64,000 bases of DNA from Paragordius varius (taxonomy: Eukaryota > Animalia > Nematomorpha): the NCBI GenBank assembly GCA_964247055.1, contig OZ176058.1, positions 2,480,001 to 2,544,000 of the forward strand. Reading direction: 5' to 3'. Positions 59,950-64,000 of the stretch are shown piece by piece. Each line of letters opens with the position of its first letter. Positions within the stretch are counted from its first letter, which is position 1. Under the pieces are notes generated by a model. It was not told where the DNA came from, made no database searches, and worked only from the letters and a program-made list of their open reading frames with translations. The position numbers and the translations under genes are program-made.

Positions 59950-62900
59950 CTATTTGTGTTTTAGTTTTAACATTTTGTCTATAAAATGTAATTTTTTACT
60001 GTATAATTTTTATAGATACTTAAAAATACCTTGGGCTCTGGTTATGAAGTTATGTCTGCCGTTGCAGCCGGTGTTGACTATATGCAATTTTTTAACATCG
60101 ATGCCATGAATAAGTATATTTCTGTTTATTCCATTTTATATTTTTTATGATTGTTTTAAATATTTTCACACTTCATAATCGTATCGTATTTAGTTATCTA
60201 GATTATGTGTTAGTTATGGGTTATGATTTTGCCGGCTCATGGAGTACAACCACGTCCCACAATGCCCCTCTCAAGGGCGGTCAGTACAGTGTTGTAAGTT
60301 TTTATTATCGGTATATTCAATATACCATTTGCACCTCAAATAATTCACTTTTGAACATTACAAATTAACCCTTTAACGCAGCAAATTCACCCTTAAGAGC
60401 TTCTGACCCTTATTGTTATTTTTTAAATCAAAATAAACCTATATTTTAATATTTTCAAAAATATATTTTGTTTAATATTATCATAAAGAAGAGCAAATGA
60501 TAATCTATGCAATAAAAAAACAGTATCATATTAATTATGAATTAAATTAGCATTTTATTTTTAGGGTTAATTGAAATATTTCAGGGTGAGTTTGTGGTGT
60601 AAATGATATGTATATATAAAAAATTAACTTAAAAAATGAAAATCATTTTTCCTTTACATACTTTTCAGTTTTTATTTTGTAATTTTTTTAACATCTTGAA
60701 AATGTTATACCATTATAACCAAAATTTTAAAATCTAACAAATAAATTAAATAATAAAGTTTATAATCATATATACGCGTTTTCACTATTGAAAATAACCA
60801 TTAAAAGTTAAAACCCCGATATTTTTCCATTCCTAATTTAAAATTTCAATTTTTTTCACACACCTAAACACGAAATCTTTTTGATTTAGGAAGGTGCAGT
60901 AAATACTTGGGTATCTAACGGATTACAACCCAAAAAAATTGTGGTCGGGGTTCCTTTTTACGGGGGAAAATTTAATGCGCAGTCACACACAGTAGGCAGT
61001 CCAGGTCAATATGTCCAACTCATGACATATGATGAGGTAATCGAATTATTTTGTTTTTGAAATAAAATACAGTAAAAACTGAAATTAACCATGGACAAAA
61101 CGTGAAATATAAAGACAAATATTTTTTTTTATCAAAAGACAACCAACCCTACCATACTTTTTTAATCATTTTTTTAACTATATAACTAACCAACCATTGT
61201 TTCGAATCGCGTATTATAGTATTTATATAGGTGAAACCATAAATTAATTATTTTAAAATTGTAATATATAATTTATATGAGATTAATTAAGGATTAAAAA
61301 AGTATGGTTGTCTTATAAAAAATATATTTGTCTTTTTAATTTAACGTGCATGTAATATCAGATTTTACAGTAATTACAGTAAAAAATTTATTTTTTTTTA
61401 TTAAATTGTGTAAAAAGCGAAATCTCACCTAATAAAAATGTCATACATAATATTTTAATATATTTTCGATATAAATATTATATCATCATGATCAAAAAAA
61501 AGAAAAATTTATACAATCTTACAGTAAATATTGAAATTATAATGACGAATTATCAAAAATGAGAGAGAGTCAATTTTTTAAGGACATCCGCACTTTTTAA
61601 GCTTTGAATTTTTCATAAATAAATCATTATTATTGGTCAGATTTGCGAAAACAACTAATTGAGATGTAAAAAATTAAAGTGTATATAATAAAATAACGAA
61701 AGTTTTCTCCGCATAGCTTTATTTTTTTAATATTCATAATTCTTTTTGATATACTGTGGTAGCCTTCTCCCCCGTGTGACTAAAAAGAATGTGATAATAT
61801 CCGCGTCTCCATATTTTTTATCAGATTTTTTTAAATAAAAATTTTAAATAATTTAATTATTTAATAATTTGTAAAGTAATGAGATCTCATTAACTTTTAT
61901 CTATTTTTGGGGTCGTTGCCGCAAAATATCTACAAACTAATGATTTAATTAGTGTATGAAAAAGTGTAGTCAACTTTAACAGGGTTAATTTTGAAAACTA
62001 GCCTCTTATTTAAGTTTAACTTATATATAAAGCTATGAATTTGGAAAAGCTCAGAATGGGGTGGGGTCTACTTTAAATATCTTATTAATGCTTAACACAA
62101 TATTAAAAATCTATATTTTTTAGATCAAATCAGCTCCTATGACACGTGCGTGGGATAGTAATGCCCAAACTTCGTATGGATACAGTGGGAATAATTGGTA
62201 TACGTTTGATGATGCCGAAAGCCTTAAAAAGAAAGTAAGTCCACTAAGTTACTTATATTTGCAATCGTAAAAGGGGTAGTTATCAAGCTTTTATATGGTA
62301 TTTTATCCCATTTTTCCTGAAACCAGATATATTCTAGGTTATCCGCGCTACTATATATATCATTTACACTTCGAATTCACCTTTGAACGTTTCATTCATC
62401 CTCGAACATTAAGAATTTACCCTGAAGATAAATTACGTGTTTTTGGACTAATAATTTAAATAACTATTATTTGATCTTTCTTTATGGCATAGCATTAAAC
62501 AAAGTTTTATTTTTTAAAATATCCAGTTAAAATACTAGGGTGAACTGATTAAGATTTGAGATGTTCAATGGTGTTAAAAGGTTTTGTTGTTTAAGAAATA
62601 TAAGGTATGTTTTATACCTTAGCAAATAATTTAATTTGGTTTTCAAAAAATGAATATTCGTTGTAAAATAATATTAAATTTTTTCCATGTTTTAGGTTGA
62701 TTATGCTTGCCCTACATACGGTGGTGCTATGATATGGGAGTTAAGTCAAAACAGAGATCAAAGTTTACTAAAAGCTGTATATGATGAGGTAATTTTTGTT
62801 TAATCAAAAACTTATCTAAAAAAATATTGATTATATATAATTACAGACCATATTAGTATTATTTCATTACTTACAATTCAGCTTGATTAAGGATTTTTAT

Positions 62901-64000
62901 GATATGTAGACCAGTGGTGCTCCTTAAATAATATAATAACTTTTTTGATGAACTTATGCTAAATATAAATATCTACAAATTTGCTATTATATGGCATGGC
63001 CTTTGGAAAAAATTGCGGCCTTCTTAATCTTTTTGGTTAGTCCAATGGAAATAGATTATGAATAGGTAGTCGATTCACCCTATTAAACTCATCTCATTTT
63101 TAATTCTTTGTTAACAGGTTAAGAGTCAATGTGGAATTGATTCTGGGAATGGCACAACAACCACCCAGGCGCCAGGTACCAGCACTTCTGGTAGTTCGAC
63201 AACAGCTGTTCCAACCGGAAGTACAACTTCTCGTTCGACAACAGCTGTTCCGACTGGAACTACCACTCATGCTAGTTCGACATCAGCTGTTCCAACACCT
63301 GGCCCTACAACAACCTCGGGCACAGGAGGGGGAGGTGATTGTCCCCAAACCCCAGCTGAGATCTGTAAAACTGGCAACAATTTAGGATATGCCAGCTATC
63401 CACCCGATTGCAAGTATTGTATTGTCTTTTTAGATTCTTTTATTGTTTATTACAATAAAAAAACGAAATTATTCAGACAAAACGGAAATCAAAGAAAGAC
63501 AATCTACCATACTTTTTGAACTTTATCTTTTCCTAAGTTATCAAATAATAATATATATATAATTGTTGTTACCAATCTACATCTCTATTTCATATTTTTC
63601 AGTTTAATACAATGAGTTTATGTTCAAAAAAATTACAGTGGTTTTTAGAAAGAAATAATTGTTTATATGTGATTACGTTCTGTCCTTACATTTTCAATTT
63701 TTACTGTATTTACTCCCCTCATTGTGCGAATGTTATATACTAATCTCAGCTTTCTCTCTATTAAAGTGTATGCATAGGCAATCTTGGGACTCCCGCATAT
63801 AAGTTAGGTATTAAACTGTATCCACCGCTTTTTTAGGCGGACCCTTTTGCTGGTACCATCGACCGGCCCAAAATAAATGTTTTTTCCCGAGTATAATATA
63901 TAAGAATGTGATATGTATGGAATGACTCTAGATTATCTGATCGTAAATCAAAAATTCGGATTTGATAAAGAGTTAAGAATATATGAGATAGGGAGTTGTA
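59950..64000 (+). repeat. Near-identical direct duplication of about 38760-42810 (offset about 21.19 kb)
   Basis: Introns and MITE insertions are shared almost base for base; weaker, gapped similarity extends back to about 59770 / 38616. Confidence 0.95.
60016..63413 (+). CDS. Second, 5'-truncated copy of the GH18 chitinase (exons 5-10; exon 11 expected beyond the window); gene or pseudogene status unresolved
   Basis: Exons 60016-60113, 60194-60293, 60890-61036, 62124-62234, 62696-62788, 63118-63413, with open frame and intact splice sites. Differences from copy 1 that I found: E to N near the start of exon 5, five synonymous changes, and a one-Thr deletion in the linker. Confidence 0.8.

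Overview
Very AT-rich (by eye about 20-25% GC), intron-rich eukaryotic DNA. The WWP/ITCH-type HECT ligase and the GH18+CBM14 chitinase point to a divergent metazoan; I cannot name the species. All exons were assembled by hand from splice sites and reading phase. Host genes: (1) the last 8 exons of a NEDD4-family (WWP1/ITCH/Su(dx)-like) HECT E3 ligase, 723-8488 (+); (2) an intact HSBP1 gene, 15744-16136 (-), missed as a gene by the ORF track, containing a 25-nt GT-AG intron and an 80-nt AT-AC U12-type intron; (3) a complete 11-exon secreted GH18 chitinase with Ser/Thr linker and CBM14, 33320-43622 (+); (4) a near-identical second copy of chitinase exons 5-10, 60016 to the window end, lacking recognisable exons 1-4; (5) a decayed multi-exon gene, about 48181-55948, with 23-26-nt introns, Cys-rich repeated exons and a 4-kb intronic satellite. 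The rest is mostly transposon-derived: an RTE-like LINE, a Mag-like Ty3/gypsy element with both LTRs, an older antisense gypsy fragment, a hAT element with an internal inverted paralogous copy, Buster-type hAT MITEs each carrying a Helitron, further copies of that Helitron, and two MITE families. Best leads: the coexistence of ultrashort introns, a minor-spliceosome intron and kb-scale introns; decoy copies of exon ends around the HECT exons; the half-duplicated chitinase; a double GCA-triloop hairpin/TTAGGG repeat; and a GC-rich fold-back island at 58.2-58.9 kb. No prokaryotic-type system (CRISPR, rRNA, tRNA) was seen.
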